Of a stretch of 64,000 nt of DNA, positions 17,138 to 27,564 are shown piece by piece. Numbering within the stretch: position 1 is the stretch's first letter; each line of letters starts with the position of its first letter. This DNA is from Flavobacteriaceae bacterium (GTDB lineage Bacteria > Bacteroidota > Bacteroidia > Flavobacteriales > Flavobacteriaceae). The notes under the pieces are model-generated. The model made no database searches. It was not told the origin of the DNA and saw only the letters and a program-made list of their open reading frames with translations. A program made the position numbers and the translations under genes. The DNA lies in contig CANGTL010000004.1 in NCBI GenBank assembly GCA_947456815.1, forward strand, positions 22,958-86,957. The letters are read 5' to 3'.

Positions 17138-20100
17138 TTATCGTTTCAATGAAAAGTGGGCTTTAAATTCTTTCGAAGCACCTTTTTCTTCATATTCGAC
17201 TAAGAACCAATAATCATCTGCTGGCAATGGTCGTCCGTTGTAAGTACCATCCCATCCTTTCCCACGTGGACTAAGTTGTTTTAGTAATTTACCATAACGG
17301 TCAAAAATTAATATTCGAGATTTCAATTGGTCGGCTAAACCAAAGATGTTCCATGTGTCATTGTAAGTATCATCGTTTGGAGTAAAGAATTTAGGGTAAT
17401 TGATTACCATTATTTCTTCTGAAATTGGACTGGAACATCCATTTGCATCAATCACTTTTATAATATGGGTTCCTGCACTTACATTTTGAAAAATATTGCT
17501 TTGTTGTAGCGGACCAAAGTCCAATTGATACAAGTAATTACCTGCATCAGTTGCTAGAACTGTGATTACTTGGTTATCTTCAAAGTAGTTGGTAACGATA
17601 CCGTTTATAGCAACTAGTGTATATTGATTAATTGTGACATTAAGTGTTTGAGATAACGCACATTCTCCAATTTGAGGCGTAAAGACATAACTTGCGCTTG
17701 CGGTATTATCTATTGTATTTGGTAGCCATGTTCCTGTTATTCCATTGGGAGAAATAGCCGGTAAAGGTGGTGCTATCGCCCCATTACAAAAAGCTAGATC
17801 AGGAAAACCTGGTGTTATAGGCTCCGTGACTTCAATAAAAGCAGTACTTGTAGTAGCACATTCGTTTGCATTTGGCGTAAACTGATATGGAAAAATTCCA
17901 CTAACTGTATTATCAACAATACTTGGACTCCATGTTCCCGGAACGCCATTGATAGAAGTCAAAGGTAAAATAGGTGCAACACTTCCTTTGCAAAATGGTG
18001 CAACAGTTGCAAAATTGGGAACCGTTCTAGGTATAATAGTCACATTCAAAGTTTGATTTAATGCACATTGTCCTGGATTTGGTGTAAAAACATATGGTCT
18101 GGAAATAGTAATATCTATTACCGGAGGATCCCATGTGCCTTCGATTCCATTCGGTGACGTTGTTGATAATGTTGGTGCTGGAAAACCATCACAAAAAGGC
18201 GCAATAGGTGCAAAATTAGGAGTCAAAACAGGAACTACTGTAATTGATAATGTTGATGGTAAGACTGAAACACATTGCCCTAATGTTGGTGTAAAGGTGT
18301 AAATTGTCGTTCCTAAAGCGGATGTGCTTACTGGTGATGGATTCCAAGTTCCAGTTATGGCTGGAATATTATCTGAAGATGTTGGTAAGATGGGCGGAGT
18401 ATCTCCTTGGCATAAAGGAGCAAACAATCCGAACAATGGAGTTATTCGTTGATTAACCGTAATAGTAATTTGTGCTGTGGTGGCGCAGAGTCCAGCAGTC
18501 GGCGTAAACGTGTAAGTAGCAGTTGCTGTGTTATCAACGGGTAAATTCCAAGTACCTGTTATTCCATTATTAGAAATTAAAGGCAAAGCTGCTAACGGAC
18601 TTCCGGAACATATAGGTGCTATTGGAGTAAATGTTGGAACAATATTGGTATTTACTGTTACAGGTCTAATCACACTAGTATTGGCGCAACCTCCTACTCC
18701 CACTAGTTCATATTTTATATCGGCATTACCGGCACTTAAACCCGTTATCACTCCGGTACTTGCATTTACGGTTGCAACGCTTGGATTAGAAGAAGACCAA
18801 GTTCCTCCGCTTACAGTAGAAACAAACGTTGAAGTTCCTCCAATGCAAATAGATTGAGTACCACTTAATATACCAGGATTTACAGGTGCTGATACAGTTA
18901 TTAATCTAGTTACAGGAAGGCTTGGAGGACAACCTCCAGTGCCGTTTACCACATAAGACATTGTAGATGTTCCGACTGCGACTCCAATAACAACTCCTGC
19001 ATTTGAAATTGTAGCAACTGCTGGATTAGAGCTTGTCCAAGTTCCACCTGGAATTGTTGAAGTTAAGTTAGTTGAAAAACCTATACATATAGCTTGCGTA
19101 CCACTTAGAGAACCTGCACTTGGAATGGCAGAGACGGTAACTGAACGAGAACTAGTTGCATTAGGACAGCCTCCAGTTCCTGCTACTGTGTAGATTATGT
19201 TTGATGAACCAGCACTTATTGCGGTAACAAGTCCTGTAGAAGAGTTAACTGTAGCTACAGCAATATTTGAGGAACTCCATGAGCCTCCTATTATAGTAGA
19301 ACTCATAGAAGTTGTATCACCTACGCAAATGGCTTGTGTACCACTTAGAGTCCCAGCGACTGGAGGATTAGTAACAGTTAGCGGTCTTGAAAATACAACA
19401 GCAGGACATCCACCAGCTGCTGGAAAAGTATAATCAATAGATACTACGCCGCTACTTACACCAGTTACTTGACCAGTTGAAGAGTTTATGGTAGCAATTG
19501 CAGGATTTGCTGAACTCCAAGTTCCACCAGCCGTTGAAGAAGTAAAAGTAGTTGTTGAGCCCACGCAAACATTTGGTCCAGCCAATACAGTTGTTGGTGG
19601 ATTCGTAATCGTGATGGACTTGGTTACGCTTATAGCACAAGGAAACAAAGTCAAATTTGGCGTAAAAACATAATTGCCGTTTGAAGTATTACTTACAGTT
19701 GCTGGAGACCAAGTGCCCGTTACACCATTAGAGGAAGTAGTTGGTAAAATCGGTGCCACTGTTCCTGAGCAAACTGTTGAAGGTATTGTAAATGTTGGTG
19801 TTGTCGCTGTTGCACAATTGCTGCATGTGTTGGAAATTGGAAAAGTCAAGCATGGGTAACCAGGTGCAGAAGTAAGTGTGAGTGTACAACTTTGTCCAGG
19901 TAATACACCAAAGACTTCCAAGGATGATAAAATTGTATTGCCGCTAACGAGCGGGCCGCCATTTATGGAGTAAGTATAATTATACTGATCCGGTCTTCCT
20001 GGTGGAACAATATTATCCCAGTCAAAGAATATCGAAGTAACAGGATTAGTTGTCACTTGAGTTCCATCGCATCTCAAATTGAGTGACCCTGTTACAGAAT

Positions 20101-22207
20101 TAACAACTACATTTATTGCTTTCCGTGATCCCTCGCATGTGCCTATGGTTTGACTGACATAATATGTAGTCGTACCGTTGGTAGCAGTTGATGGTATTGG
20201 TGCTGAAGCAGATGCGGTTCCGCCGGTTGCATTGGTTCCATACCAATTTAAAGTTCCTCCAGGTAAGGCAGTTGCTACCAAAGGAGTAGCCACGCTTCCT
20301 TGACAAAAATAAACGGGCGAGGTAGCAGTCGGAGCTGCAACTGAACCAGCAGGCGTCAATGTAACTATAACAGGTTGAACCACTGAGCAAGTTCCCAATG
20401 TTCCTCTGATGTAATAAGTTCCACTAGTTGTAATTGCGGCAGCACTAGTCAAGCTGATCGGACTGGCAGTTGCTGCTGCATCATTCCAATATGTAAGAGT
20501 CAACCCAGCTGTACTGCCAGCAGTGATGGCGGCGGTTGTGATATTCACGGTTCCTGGCAAACAAACTGCTGGTGGATTTGTTATTACTAAGTTTACAGTA
20601 TTTGTCACTGTTACAGTAACAGATTTAGGTGGAAGTATACATGTGTTTATTCTAGAAAGAACAATATCATCAAGTGCAAAATCATTTCCATTTGAGGCAG
20701 TATTTCTGTTGTAAAAACAGATCTCTGCTGTTGTGCTTACGCCTGAATTCCATGCATAAATTACATCGTCCCAAACGCAAACAGTGTTGGGCGCTAAAGA
20801 AGTTCCCAATGATATCCCATTAATCTTAACTTCAATATTTGATAGTCCTGCTGGGTTTGACAACGACTGTACCCAGTACGTTAAATTGTAGTTTTGACCT
20901 GGATTTACCGGAATCGTCTGACACCAAACTTTGTCATTTCCTCCATTTGCGGTTGAGCCATCAACAACCAGCATTCTCCCTAGTCCATTGGTATGATCTA
21001 CGCAAGGAGAAAAAAAAGTTTCCCAAGCATTTGGATTACTAACTACACCGTAAGCTTTTTGAAGGTTACCCGTATTGCTTGCGTAATAAGTATGATCACT
21101 CGTAAATCCAACATTACCCAAGAAAAAATCACCATTATAAACTAAATTGTTTGGGGTTACTGTAGTTGAATTAACTGTATATGTTGTAGTAACAGAGGGA
21201 CTGACTGTAGGATTTGATCCGGTAGGAATTGGTTGTGTATTATCAACAGACCAAGTGTAAGTACCTCCACCAGAAGCAGTAAGTGTAGTGGAAGCACCTG
21301 CGCATATAGTGGTACTTGTGGCTGTTAGAGTCAAACCATTTGCATTAGGTATAATAATATTGCTTTGTCCTATACTTGCGCCGGCACTGTCAGTCACATC
21401 GAGGGTGTAGTTTCCCGGAGCTAATCCCGTAAAAAAACCAGTTGCGCTATTGTTAGCAGGAATTGGACCTGATAATGTATAGTTTGTATAAGTGCCACTT
21501 CCACCAATTCCATAACCGAAAATGGTTCCGTCATTAGCATTGATGCAAGTGAGATTTGTAATTGAGTAGGTTAAAGATAATGGCGCAGGTGCTGCCGTAA
21601 AAGAAATGTCATCTAAAGCGAAATCATTTCCTGTGGATGATGTTTGTCTGTCATAAAGCCAAATCTGCGCAAATCCAGATGTAGCGACCCATGTATATTT
21701 TACTTGATTCCATCCGCAAAGTGTTGTTGAACAGATATTACTCCCAGCTGTAGGATTAACATCGACATTATTGATTTTAACCTGAATATTCGCAGAGTTT
21801 CCAGCGGTATTTGTAGATGAAATAGATTGTATCCAATAGCTAAATGTATAGGTAACACCTGCTGTTACCGGAATACCGCCGCCGCCGCCCGATGACGTTA
21901 ATGCTTCCCATATTTTATCATTATTTGGTCCAGAAGTGGCACCGTCAACCACCATCATTTTTCCCGTAGTAGAAGTGTGGTCTCGACAAACATTACTAAA
22001 AACAGCGTTTATAGGTCCTGCATTATTTACAATCGCGTAACTTCTTGGCGTACTGTTGGAAGATACCAAAAAATAATTGGTTTGAAAACCAGAGCCCGCT
22101 CCTCCACCTTCGAAATCACCATTAGTGATTAAATTCTGAGATGATAAACTTAAAGCGGATAGTAATATGAAATAAAAATATAGTGGTTTTATTGCTTTTA
22201 GAATCAT
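17138..22207 (-). CDS. Large T9SS type B (gliding-motility CTD) surface protein with carbohydrate-binding-like and Ig-like repeats
   Basis: Signal peptide followed by QNLITNGDF. Two NGDF...NDFALDDI jelly-roll-like domains, four BIG2-like WSSSN..VAT repeats and several GITGTW..FTP repeats. C-terminal YPKFFTPN..IFDRYGK..WDGTYNG..DDYWF..FSLKR. Confidence 0.93.
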   Translation of the reverse strand: MILKAIKPLYFYFILLSALSLSSQNLITNGDFEGGGAGSGFQTNYFLVSSNSTPRSYAIVNNAGPINAVFSNVCRDHTSTTGKMMVVDGATSGPNNDKIWEALTSSGGGGGIPVTAGVTYTFSYWIQSISSTNTAGNSANIQVKINNVDVNPTAGSNICSTTLCGWNQVKYTWVATSGFAQIWLYDRQTSSTGNDFALDDISFTAAPAPLSLTYSITNLTCINANDGTIFGYGIGGSGTYTNYTLSGPIPANNSATGFFTGLAPGNYTLDVTDSAGASIGQSNIIIPNANGLTLTATSTTICAGASTTLTASGGGTYTWSVDNTQPIPTGSNPTVSPSVTTTYTVNSTTVTPNNLVYNGDFFLGNVGFTSDHTYYASNTGNLQKAYGVVSNPNAWETFFSPCVDHTNGLGRMLVVDGSTANGGNDKVWCQTIPVNPGQNYNLTYWVQSLSNPAGLSNIEVKINGISLGTSLAPNTVCVWDDVIYAWNSGVSTTAEICFYNRNTASNGNDFALDDIVLSRINTCILPPKSVTVTVTNTVNLVITNPPAVCLPGTVNITTAAITAGSTAGLTLTYWNDAAATASPISLTSAAAITTSGTYYIRGTLGTCSVVQPVIVTLTPAGSVAAPTATSPVYFCQGSVATPLVATALPGGTLNWYGTNATGGTASASAPIPSTATNGTTTYYVSQTIGTCEGSRKAINVVVNSVTGSLNLRCDGTQVTTNPVTSIFFDWDNIVPPGRPDQYNYTYSINGGPLVSGNTILSSLEVFGVLPGQSCTLTLTSAPGYPCLTFPISNTCSNCATATTPTFTIPSTVCSGTVAPILPTTSSNGVTGTWSPATVSNTSNGNYVFTPNLTLFPCAISVTKSITITNPPTTVLAGPNVCVGSTTTFTSSTAGGTWSSANPAIATINSSTGQVTGVSSGVVSIDYTFPAAGGCPAVVFSRPLTVTNPPVAGTLSGTQAICVGDTTSMSSTIIGGSWSSSNIAVATVNSSTGLVTAISAGSSNIIYTVAGTGGCPNATSSRSVTVSAIPSAGSLSGTQAICIGFSTNLTSTIPGGTWTSSNPAVATISNAGVVIGVAVGTSTMSYVVNGTGGCPPSLPVTRLITVSAPVNPGILSGTQSICIGGTSTFVSTVSGGTWSSSNPSVATVNASTGVITGLSAGNADIKYELVGVGGCANTSVIRPVTVNTNIVPTFTPIAPICSGSPLAALPLISNNGITGTWNLPVDNTATATYTFTPTAGLCATTAQITITVNQRITPLFGLFAPLCQGDTPPILPTSSDNIPAITGTWNPSPVSTSALGTTIYTFTPTLGQCVSVLPSTLSITVVPVLTPNFAPIAPFCDGFPAPTLSTTSPNGIEGTWDPPVIDITISRPYVFTPNPGQCALNQTLNVTIIPRTVPNFATVAPFCKGSVAPILPLTSINGVPGTWSPSIVDNTVSGIFPYQFTPNANECATTSTAFIEVTEPITPGFPDLAFCNGAIAPPLPAISPNGITGTWLPNTIDNTASASYVFTPQIGECALSQTLNVTINQYTLVAINGIVTNYFEDNQVITVLATDAGNYLYQLDFGPLQQSNIFQNVSAGTHIIKVIDANGCSSPISEEIMVINYPKFFTPNDDTYNDTWNIFGLADQLKSRILIFDRYGKLLKQLSPRGKGWDGTYNGRPLPADDYWFLVEYEEKGASKEFKAHFSLKR

Positions 22208-22305
22208 TTTTTTCTATTTAACGTACTAAAAATTAAGCACGCAATATAGTGAATTTTGATAAAATTATATGGCATCAATCACAAAAAAAAGAGCCTTTAG
22301 CTATT

Positions 22306-22337
22306 AAAAAAAGAGCCCCATTTTGTAAGGCTCTTTT
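22306..22337 (-). terminator. Intrinsic terminator after E1
   Basis: AAAAGAGCC...GGCTCTTTT stem, giving a U-tract on the minus strand. Confidence 0.75.
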
Positions 22338-22358
22338 ATAGTATCGGAGTACTATTTG

Positions 22359-24335
22359 CTAATATTTTAGAAGCTTAAGTAGTGCAATTTCAAAACGTTC
22401 GCGAGGCAGGTATTGATCTTCTAGTGCTTTTGTAAATGGGATTGGACTATCTAAACTGGCAACTCTTTTTACAGGACCATCCAAAAACTCAAAACAATCT
22501 TCCATGATCATTGCAGAAATATCGCTCGCAATTCCTCCAAACATGCTGTCCTCTTGAAGTATAATAGCTTTATTTGTTTTCTTGACAGATGCGTAAATAG
22601 TTTCCTTATCGAGTGGTTGTAGCGTTCGTAAATCAATTAAATCTGCCGAAATATCTGGATTTTTTTCAAGTGTTTCTAGCGCCCAATGAACTGCTGCTCC
22701 AAATGCCACGATAGTAATATCATTTCCTTCCCTCAAAACCGCCGCTTTTCCGAATGGCAAGGTGTAATAATCTTTGGGTACGTCCTGGTATACACTTCTG
22801 TATAATTGCTTGTGTTCAAAAAACAAAACTGGATTTGGATCATTAATTGCAGTTGCTAATAGCCCTTTTGCGTCATATGGAAATGCAGGATACACCACTT
22901 TCAATCCTGGTGTTTTAGTAAACCAAGCTTCATTTGTTTGAGAATGAAATGGTCCAGCTTGGGTTCCACCACCACAAGGCATTCTAACCACTACATCTGC
23001 TTTTTCTTGCCAACGATAATGCACTTTCGCCAAATAATTTACAATCGGATTAAATCCTGTCGAAACAAAATCAGCAAATTGCATTTCAACAATAGCTTTG
23101 TAACCATTAATAGATAATCCCATTCCAGCGGAAACTACTGCGCTTTCACAAATTGGAGTATTGATTACTCTTTCCTTTCCAAATTGCGCTACAAAACCTT
23201 CGGTAATTTTAAATGCACCACCGTATTCGGCAATGTCTTGACCCATGATAACTGATTCATGATGACGTTCCATGGATTGCCTTAAGCCTTGCGAAATAGC
23301 GTCAATTAAGCGAACATTTTCTACTTCTCCTTCAGGTTTAACTTCTTCAAAATCATATGGTTTGTAAACATCATTTAATTCCTCATCGTAGTCGGCTTCA
23401 ATCTCTGCCTCGGCATTAGCAATTACCAAATGGTCATCAATTTCTTTTCTAATTTCTTCTCTCCATGCTTCATCTTGTTGGGTAGAAAGTATGTTCTGCT
23501 TGATTAAGTAGCGTTTGTAGGTGTCAACTGGGTCTTTTTCCGCCCACAAATCCATTAGTTCTTGAGGAACATACTTTGTTCCACTAGCCTCCTCATGCCC
23601 TCGCATTCGGAAAGTTTTAAACTCCAATAAAACGGGACGAGGATTGGTTTTCATCGAAGCTACAATTTCCGAAAGTTCAATATAAACTTCCAAAATGTTG
23701 TTCCCGTCAATGATATGGCTTTCCATACCATATCCAATCCCTTTGTCTGCTAGATTTTCACATCGATACTGTTCATTGGTTGGCGTTGATAGACCATATC
23801 CATTATTTTCAATAACAAACAAAACTGGTAAATCCCAAACAGAAGCAATATTCAAAGCTTCATGAAAATCACCCTCGCTAGTTGCACCTTCTCCAGTAAA
23901 CACAGCGGTCACTTTTCCGTTTTTCTTCAGTTTATTGGCTAATGCGATTCCGTCGGCAACTCCTAATTGAGGTCCAAGATGAGAAATCATTCCAATAATC
24001 TTGTATTCTTGGGTTCCAAAATGAAAACTTCTGTCTCTTCCTTTAGTAAATCCACTGGCTTTTCCTTGCCACTGAGAAAAAAGTCTAAATAAAGGTATGT
24101 CTCTTCCTGTAAATACACCTAAGTTACGGTGCATAGGTAATATATATTCGTCTTTGTCCAAAACTGCAGTAATTCCAACTGAGATTGCTTCTTGACCAAT
24201 CCCCGAAAACCATTTAGAGACTTTCCCTTGCCGAATGAGAATCAACATTTTTTCTTCTATCAATCGCGGCTTTAACAGTCTTTTATATAAATCTAGTAAT
24301 TTTTCGTCAGTAAGATGTCTTCTTTCAAAATTCAT
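22359..24335 (-). CDS. 2-oxoacid (likely branched-chain) dehydrogenase E1, fused alpha/beta subunits
   Basis: [15 protein letters not shown] motif, [22 protein letters not shown] and HSQ. Start moved to ATG 24335 because the TTG at 24371 lies inside the -7 promoter element. Confidence 0.93.
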   Translation of the reverse strand: MNFERRHLTDEKLLDLYKRLLKPRLIEEKMLILIRQGKVSKWFSGIGQEAISVGITAVLDKDEYILPMHRNLGVFTGRDIPLFRLFSQWQGKASGFTKGRDRSFHFGTQEYKIIGMISHLGPQLGVADGIALANKLKKNGKVTAVFTGEGATSEGDFHEALNIASVWDLPVLFVIENNGYGLSTPTNEQYRCENLADKGIGYGMESHIIDGNNILEVYIELSEIVASMKTNPRPVLLEFKTFRMRGHEEASGTKYVPQELMDLWAEKDPVDTYKRYLIKQNILSTQQDEAWREEIRKEIDDHLVIANAEAEIEADYDEELNDVYKPYDFEEVKPEGEVENVRLIDAISQGLRQSMERHHESVIMGQDIAEYGGAFKITEGFVAQFGKERVINTPICESAVVSAGMGLSINGYKAIVEMQFADFVSTGFNPIVNYLAKVHYRWQEKADVVVRMPCGGGTQAGPFHSQTNEAWFTKTPGLKVVYPAFPYDAKGLLATAINDPNPVLFFEHKQLYRSVYQDVPKDYYTLPFGKAAVLREGNDITIVAFGAAVHWALETLEKNPDISADLIDLRTLQPLDKETIYASVKKTNKAIILQEDSMFGGIASDISAMIMEDCFEFLDGPVKRVASLDSPIPFTKALEDQYLPRERFEIALLKLLKY

Positions 24336-24368
24336 TGGTAAAATGGTATCGGTTCTAATAAAACTTCC

Positions 24369-24376
24369 CAAAAGTA
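24369..24376 (-). promoter_or_regulatory. -7 promoter element TACTTTTG for E1
   Basis: Exact TAnnTTTG on the minus strand. Confidence 0.65.
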
Positions 24377-24460
24377 TAAAAAAATAACAGGATGTCCGTG
24401 AAATGTATTCTTTTTTTAAAATGTTAATAACTTTTAAAATTAGGTTTTAATTTTATTATT

Positions 24461-24468
24461 TACATTTG
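24461..24468 (+). promoter_or_regulatory. -7 promoter element TACATTTG for the 2OG oxygenase
   Basis: Exact TAnnTTTG 50 nt upstream of ATG 24518. Confidence 0.65.
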
Positions 24469-24517
24469 TAATAACAAGGGTTAACAAACTTTTAGTTATT
24501 AACAAAAAATTTTTAGT

Positions 24518-25468
24518 ATGCAAAACATTCCTAGTGTGGACTTGCGTGATTTCCTTTCGGGTGACCCGGAACGTAAACAAAAATTTGTAAATGAAATCGG
24601 TAGTGCTTTTGAAGACATTGGCTTTGTGGCACTTAAAGGTCATTTTTTAGATGACCAATTAGTGGAAGAATTATACGGAGAGATTAGAAACTTCTTCTCA
24701 CTTCCACTTGAAACTAAGTATAGTTATGAAATTCCGGGTATCGGTGGACAAAGAGGCTATGTCTCTTTTGGTAAAGAACATGCCAAAGGACGCAAAGAAG
24801 GCGATTTGAAAGAGTTTTGGCATTTCGGTCAGTATGTCGATAAAGATTCCAAATACGCAGCCGAATATCCAGATAACGTGGAAGTAAAAGAATTACCACG
24901 TTTCAATGCTGCGGGTAAAGAAGCGTATAAAATGCTTGAAAAAACGGGGATTTACGTACTAAGAGCTTTGGCTTTGCACCTTGGTTTAGATGAGTTTTAT
25001 TTTGATCAATACGGATACGAAGGAAATTCGATTTTAAGACCAATTCACTATCCTCCTATTACCTCTGAACCAGAAAATGCAATTAGAGCTGCAGCTCATG
25101 GCGATATCAATTTGATTACCTTATTAATGGGTGCTCAAGGAAAAGGATTGCAAGTGCAAAATCACAATGGCGATTGGATTGATGCCGTCGCAGAACCAGA
25201 AGAATTGGTGATTAACGTTGGAGATATGCTATCTCGTCACACCAATAATAAACTTAAATCTACGATTCATCAAGTGGTGAATCCACCAAGAGAATTATGG
25301 GGAACTTCAAGATATTCTATTCCGTTTTTTATGCATCCAGTAAGCGATATGCGTTTGGATTGCTTGGAAAGTTGCATTGATGAAAGCAACCCTAAATTAT
25401 ACGAGGATATTTCTGCAGGCGAGTTTTTAAACGAGCGTCTAGTAGACTTAGGTTTGATTAAAAAATAA
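24518..25468 (+). CDS. 2OG-Fe(II) oxygenase, isopenicillin N synthase family
   Basis: AHGDINLITLL (HxD), IHQV (His) and RYSIPFF (RxS). Confidence 0.93.
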   Translation: MQNIPSVDLRDFLSGDPERKQKFVNEIGSAFEDIGFVALKGHFLDDQLVEELYGEIRNFFSLPLETKYSYEIPGIGGQRGYVSFGKEHAKGRKEGDLKEFWHFGQYVDKDSKYAAEYPDNVEVKELPRFNAAGKEAYKMLEKTGIYVLRALALHLGLDEFYFDQYGYEGNSILRPIHYPPITSEPENAIRAAAHGDINLITLLMGAQGKGLQVQNHNGDWIDAVAEPEELVINVGDMLSRHTNNKLKSTIHQVVNPPRELWGTSRYSIPFFMHPVSDMRLDCLESCIDESNPKLYEDISAGEFLNERLVDLGLIKK

Positions 25469-25482
25469 ATTATTAATTCAGT

Positions 25483-25523
25483 AACAATAAAGTACGGATT
25501 TTCATAATTCGTACTTTATTGTT
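25483..25523 (+). terminator. Intrinsic terminator
   Basis: Perfect 14-bp arms AACAATAAAGTACG / CGTACTTTATTGTT followed by T-tract. Confidence 0.85.
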
Positions 25524-25541
25524 TTTTAGGATGTTTGTAAA

Positions 25542-25871
25542 ATGGATTTACAAGAACAACTCAAAAAATTATTTCCCGATCACGAAGTCGCACCAGATGA
25601 CGAACCAATCGCTGAAGAAAAAGAATTGTGGGTGCAATCCGAACCTATGATTTGCAAGTTCGAAAAGCGAAAAGGTAAACCCACAACCATTATCGAAGGT
25701 TATACCGGTAGCGACGACGATTTTAAAATCCTTGCCAAAGAACTCAAAACCAAACTCAGCGTGGGCGGCACTTTCAAAGATGACGCTATCATTATACAAG
25801 GAGATTATCGCGACAAAATAATGGAAATCCTTAAGAACAAAGGCTTTAAAGTCAAACGCGTCGGCGGTTAA
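25542..25871 (+). CDS. Translation initiation factor SUI1/YciH family
   Basis: KRKGKPTTIIEG, LAKELKTKLSVGGT and IIIQGDYRDKI. Confidence 0.92.
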   Translation: MDLQEQLKKLFPDHEVAPDDEPIAEEKELWVQSEPMICKFEKRKGKPTTIIEGYTGSDDDFKILAKELKTKLSVGGTFKDDAIIIQGDYRDKIMEILKNKGFKVKRVGG

Positions 25872-25875
25872 TTTT

Positions 25876-25906
25876 AATTGATAATTGACAATTGATAATT
25901 GATAAT
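25876..25906 (+). repeat. Tandem heptamer (AATTGAY)x4
   Basis: aattgat aattgac aattgat aattgat aat, read directly. Confidence 0.9.
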
Positions 25907-25917
25907 GCTGTATCTCG

Positions 25918-25925
25918 TAACTTTG
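25918..25925 (+). promoter_or_regulatory. -7 promoter element TAACTTTG for the nucleoside phosphorylase unit
   Basis: Exact TAnnTTTG, with TTG triplets upstream inside the heptamer array. Confidence 0.6.
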
Positions 25926-25964
25926 CCGAATCAGTAAACAATCAAATACTAACTTAAAAAAACA

Positions 25965-25988
25965 CTTAGCGCCTTAGCGCCTTTGTGG
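25965..25988 (+). repeat. Octamer array CTTAGCGC CTTAGCGC CTTTGTGG
   Basis: Read directly, 10 nt before ATG 25999. Confidence 0.75.
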
Positions 25989-25998
25989 CAAATAAAAA

Positions 25999-26868
25999 AT
26001 GATACAATCTTCAGAACTCATACTCAATCCAGATGGAAGTGTATACCATCTCAATCTCAAACCAGAACATATCGCGCATGACATCATCTTTGTTGGTGAT
26101 CAAAATCGGGTGGAGAAAATAACGCAATTCTTCGATAGCATCGAATTTTCGACTCAAAAAAGGGAATTCAAAACGCAAACTGGTGTTTACAAAGGAAAAC
26201 GTATTACGGTAATGTCAACAGGAATCGGTCCGGACAACATCGATATCGTGATGAATGAACTAGACGCTTTGGTCAACATCAATCTAGAAACCAGAAAACC
26301 AAAAGAAGCGCTAACCTCACTCAACATAATAAGAATTGGAACTTCAGGTTCATTGCAAGCCGATATTCCTGTAGATAGTTTTGTGATGTCAACCTTTGGT
26401 TTGGGTCTCGATAACATGCTCCGCTCCTATATCATCGACGAAATTTCCAACCAATCAATCGAAAATGATTTCATCTCGCATACGAATTGGGACGCGAAAA
26501 AAGGTCGACCTTACGTCATTGCATGCAGCGAGAGATTAGAAAAAATTATCGAAAGTGCACAGATGCACAAAGGAATCACTGCCACAGCGGGCGGATTCTA
26601 CGGTCCACAAGGTCGCGTGCTACGTCTGAACATTCAAGACGAAAATCTGAATAACAAAATGGATAATTTCAAAACCAACGGAACGAGAATCACCAATCTC
26701 GAAATGGAAACCGCTGCAATATATGGTTTAGGCGCGCTACTCGGACACCAATGTTTGTCGCTCAACGCCATCATCGCCAACCGCGCGTCGGGAACTTTCA
26801 GCGAAGATCCCTACAAAGCCGTCGATGCTTTAATTGCTTATACTTTAGATAAATTGGCGAAACAATAG
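25999..26868 (+). CDS. Nucleoside (uridine-type) phosphorylase
   Basis: VGDQNRV, STGIGPDNIDI, RIGTSGSLQ, GFYGPQGR and NLEMET. Confidence 0.92.
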   Translation: MIQSSELILNPDGSVYHLNLKPEHIAHDIIFVGDQNRVEKITQFFDSIEFSTQKREFKTQTGVYKGKRITVMSTGIGPDNIDIVMNELDALVNINLETRKPKEALTSLNIIRIGTSGSLQADIPVDSFVMSTFGLGLDNMLRSYIIDEISNQSIENDFISHTNWDAKKGRPYVIACSERLEKIIESAQMHKGITATAGGFYGPQGRVLRLNIQDENLNNKMDNFKTNGTRITNLEMETAAIYGLGALLGHQCLSLNAIIANRASGTFSEDPYKAVDALIAYTLDKLAKQ

Positions 26869-26975
26869 GAGCTTGATCCCGCTATACGTTCCAATCTTTT
26901 TTGTTTTGTCACACCGAGCGCAGTCGAGGTGCTTCACATTAAACAAAAAAGGATTTACACTGCTATCGGGGCTAG
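26865..26975 (+). repeat. REP-like element, copy C, with nested GTCACACCGAGCGCAGTCGAGGTG module
   Basis: ATAGGAGCTTGATCCCGCT...ATCTTTTTTG[inner 26908-26931]CAAAAAAGGAT...ATCGGGGCTAG. Confidence 0.88.
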
Positions 26976-27012
26976 GGTTCTTCCTTCAAATCAAATATCA
27001 ATAAAATTCAAA

Positions 27013-27543
27013 ATGATGCATTTTACACTTAAAACAGAAAGGCTTTTGCTAAGACCATTTGTAGCATCAGATAACGAGGCTATGTTTAGGATGGATTCAA
27101 ATCCACGTGTACACCAATATTTAGGAAATAAACCATTAACCGCAATCGAGCAATGCAATCAGTATATTGCAGCCATTCAAAAGCAATATCAAGACAACGG
27201 AATCGGTCGATTTGTGGTTGAAATTATAGAAACTGGTGAAATTATCGGTTGGGCTGGACTAAAATTCATCGTCGAACCTGAAAATAATCATGTCAATTTT
27301 TACGATATTGGCTATCGACTCACCGAAGATTATTGGGGAAAAGGATATGGTTTTGAAGCAGCAAAAGCGTGGCTCGAGTACGCTTTTAATGAAATGAAAA
27401 TTGATACAGTCTATGCTGTTGCCCATAGTGAAAATGCTGGTTCAAATAGAATTTTACGAAAAATTGGCATGCAACAAAATGGACAATATCTGAATGATGG
27501 TATGCTATGTAATTGGTATGAACTCAAAAATACAAACCGATAA
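27013..27543 (+). CDS. GNAT N-acetyltransferase (RimJ/RimL-like)
   Basis: LKTERLLLRPF, IIGWAGL, DIGYRL..YWGKGYGFEAA and NAGSNRILRKIGM. Start moved from the GTG inside the repeat to ATG 27013. Confidence 0.92.
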   Translation: MMHFTLKTERLLLRPFVASDNEAMFRMDSNPRVHQYLGNKPLTAIEQCNQYIAAIQKQYQDNGIGRFVVEIIETGEIIGWAGLKFIVEPENNHVNFYDIGYRLTEDYWGKGYGFEAAKAWLEYAFNEMKIDTVYAVAHSENAGSNRILRKIGMQQNGQYLNDGMLCNWYELKNTNR

Positions 27544-27564
27544 CTGACAACTCACAACCCAACA

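Noticed and set aside
22359-24335. E1 alpha/beta fusion, bshA and GH3-serine hydrolase fusion as novelties
   Set aside because: All are established, widespread Bacteroidota features.
26929-27012. N-terminal extension of the GNAT
   Set aside because: The GTG lies inside repeat copy C; ATG 27013 gives a normal GNAT start.
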